A stretch of DNA of 35,350 nucleotides from a virus. Under the pieces are notes generated by a model that saw only the letters and a program-made list of their open reading frames with translations, was not told the origin of the DNA and made no database searches. Position numbers and translations under genes: made by a program. Each line of letters begins with the position of its first letter. Positions within the stretch are counted from its first letter, which is position 1. Location: the IMG/VR virus record IMGVR_UViG_3300034109_000980, positions 1 to 35,350 of that record; one strand, written 5' to 3'. Below are positions 33,415-35,350 of the stretch, one piece after another.

Positions 33415-34773
33415 TCAAATTAAGTCTAATAAACTCAATTGTTTAAATTCGGGTTTATTTAATTCTTTAATTTCTATCTCTAATTCTGAGTATTCCCTGG
33501 GTTGATTAATCCTGTCACAAGCAATATCAAAATACTCCTTTTCCTTTTCAATGCAGATATAATTACGTCCCAATTCTTTGCAGGCTACCGCAGTCGTACC
33601 ACTGCCACAAAACGGATCTAAGACTATTCCATTCTCAGGGGTGATTAAAGTTATTAAATATTTCATCAGGTGACGACTCTTGACCGTTGGGTGAGTGTTT
33701 TTAATCTCTCCACTGTTTGACCTATCACTAGGGGATGCCTTGGCTTGGTAATAGACGCTAGGGATGGTTTCTGGGTCAAAGGGGATTTGTTTGAAGAATC
33801 TTGCCGCCGTGCCTATGCTTTTTGAAAAATGGTTTATATTTCCTTTTTGGCGTTTCCCGTAACAAGTGCCTCTTGTTACCTTGTCGATTGACGGTTTCTC
33901 TCCACTCGTACAAATCCCACTCTGTTCCCCAACAACCGTCACCGGACAATCAGGGCTATGATTCTCGCCTTTGCAATTAGCACCGCAGGAAAGGATTAGA
34001 TTTGATGGGAATCTACCGGATGTCGATCCTCCTATCATCTTTTCTGTTTTATCATGAGCAAAAGTCCCATAACTAGATCGATTGGTTGGATTACATCCCA
34101 TTGTTCTGATCGTGCTTTCCGTCCCCACTCGTGATGCCTCAACATTCAAACCACCAACCCCATGTTTTAAAATATTTCTAGCAATACTTGTTTCTGATAT
34201 AGGCTTTTGAACTAACCACCAACCCTCAACGGCTGGTTTTAGTGCCGGCGTTTTCCATCCGTCCCATTGCTTGGCTTCGGGTGATGCGGGGGCGGTTTCC
34301 AGATTTATCTTTGGAAGCCCTACAAAATATTCGTTTTCTTTCCAGTTTACAGAGTTAGGTCTTTGTGTTCCATCGGGTCTAGTTTTAAACCCCACAACTT
34401 CCCTTTCCTCTCCAAATAGTTGATCAAGTTGCTTTGAAATATCCTGACTTTTTGGAAATCCTTGGCCCTGTGCAACATGGCAAATATCAATAATTCTAAA
34501 CCCTGCCAATTCTAAAGCCATACCCGTCCAGTGAGATGTTCTAGGGAGACTCCAAACCAAGCCACAAGCTCCGGGTTTCATCACCCGTAAGCATTCTGCC
34601 ATTATCTCAGATAGCCAATTAATCCAGTTAAGCATACCGCCTTTGTTATGGTCAAATTCCTTTGACATAAAGCTAATTCCTGCGGGTGGATCGCTTATTA
34701 AGCTATCAAAATAATTATCAGGAATATTCTTTAAAACTTCAAAACAATCCCCATGAATAATTTGATTTAGCAT
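33415..34773 (-). CDS. Beta-class DNA methyltransferase (N6_N4_Mtase family)
   Basis: IIHGDCFEVLK..ISDPPAG; GFPKS; HPTVK; VLDPFCGSGTT; IEKEKEY. Confidence 0.92.
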   Translation of the reverse strand: MLNQIIHGDCFEVLKNIPDNYFDSLISDPPAGISFMSKEFDHNKGGMLNWINWLSEIMAECLRVMKPGACGLVWSLPRTSHWTGMALELAGFRIIDICHVAQGQGFPKSQDISKQLDQLFGEEREVVGFKTRPDGTQRPNSVNWKENEYFVGLPKINLETAPASPEAKQWDGWKTPALKPAVEGWWLVQKPISETSIARNILKHGVGGLNVEASRVGTESTIRTMGCNPTNRSSYGTFAHDKTEKMIGGSTSGRFPSNLILSCGANCKGENHSPDCPVTVVGEQSGICTSGEKPSIDKVTRGTCYGKRQKGNINHFSKSIGTAARFFKQIPFDPETIPSVYYQAKASPSDRSNSGEIKNTHPTVKSRHLMKYLITLITPENGIVLDPFCGSGTTAVACKELGRNYICIEKEKEYFDIACDRINQPREYSELEIEIKELNKPEFKQLSLLDLI

Positions 34774-34810
34774 CTTAATTAATTAGCATTATTTAATATT
34801 ATATCTGTTA

Positions 34811-34836
34811 AATAACCCCTAATTACAGGGGCTATT
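34811..34836. terminator. Hairpin, possible terminator
   Basis: aataacccct-aattac-aggggctatt just downstream of the minus-strand gene ending at 34853. Confidence 0.45.
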
Positions 34837-34852
34837 TAATCAAGAATTATCT

Positions 34853-35350
34853 TTAAGGTTCCCACGTCACGATTATATTAAGTTTTTTACAATGGGATCT
34901 GATCATATCTAAGAATGATTCCTGAGTCTCTCCATAAAGGTGTATTCTCTTTTTGTGACTAGGATAATAATTTCCATAAACAATAACCTGTCCTAGAGCG
35001 TGTTTCCATGCTTTTATATTTTTAACTTCGATCACTTCTGAGTTGGTCAGGATATCGATATTTCCTGCTAATGTTTTAACCTCTCGCTTTCCATCTAACT
35101 GTTTTGCCAGTAAGTCACTATAGTCCGATTCTTTTCTTAACCCTCTTGTTATTCGTGTAACCAAAAAGTCACCAAGATCAATTCCGTTTTCTTTGAGGTT
35201 TTCAATAAAGTTTAACGACAATCCGTATCTTGTCTTTGAAAGAAGACATCTAAGCTGTGATACGGTCAAAAGGGCATATTTTTGTGGGCGACCACCCTGA
35301 CTGCCTTCTGAGGGTTTCGACACTGGAAATGTAACAACCCCAAAGTGTTG
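34853..35350 (-). CDS. 5'-truncated Rha-like antirepressor fused to a PD-(D/E)xK-like domain
   Basis: Frame open to the window edge (QHFGVVTFPVSKP..GGRPQKYALL); C-terminal REV..G.IDILT..IEVK..WKHALGQ..Y. Confidence 0.7.
   Translation of the reverse strand, partial: QHFGVVTFPVSKPSEGSQGGRPQKYALLTVSQLRCLLSKTRYGLSLNFIENLKENGIDLGDFLVTRITRGLRKESDYSDLLAKQLDGKREVKTLAGNIDILTNSEVIEVKNIKAWKHALGQVIVYGNYYPSHKKRIHLYGETQESFLDMIRSHCKKLNIIVTWEP

Larger units (their letters stand above)
1..35350. mobile_element. Cyanobacterial phage/prophage segment (siphovirus-like morphogenesis region plus accessory genes)
   Basis: Terminase, capsid, protease, tail tube, chaperone with frameshift, TMP, antirepressors and MTases; no host housekeeping genes; 10 HIP1 sites. 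Confidence 0.93.

Overview
A 35 kb segment of a temperate or siphovirus-like phage or prophage of a cyanobacterium (10 HIP1 GCGATCGC octamers). It carries most of the virion morphogenesis genes: a head morphogenesis protein, prohead protease, scaffold-fused major capsid, neck and tail-tube genes, a tail assembly chaperone with an A_AAA_AAG -1 frameshift, a 3083-aa tape measure protein (TMP), a large tail protein and the terminase large subunit. These genes are spread over both strands in an unusual order and are interleaved with antirepressor-like genes, two DNA methyltransferases, an XRE regulator, a ParB-like protein and a lipoprotein. The most notable observations are (1) a 137-aa mini-intein in the conserved tape-measure motif of a TMP that also carries a HExxH metallopeptidase-like domain, (2) a covarying hairpin leader shared by two dissimilar antirepressor-like genes 12 kb apart, and (3) a tandem pair of promoter-gene-hairpin-gene cassettes with near-identical regulatory scaffolds but unrelated cargo genes. 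No portal, integrase or clear lysis gene was recognised in the window. Product calls come from motif recognition only; no database searches were run.
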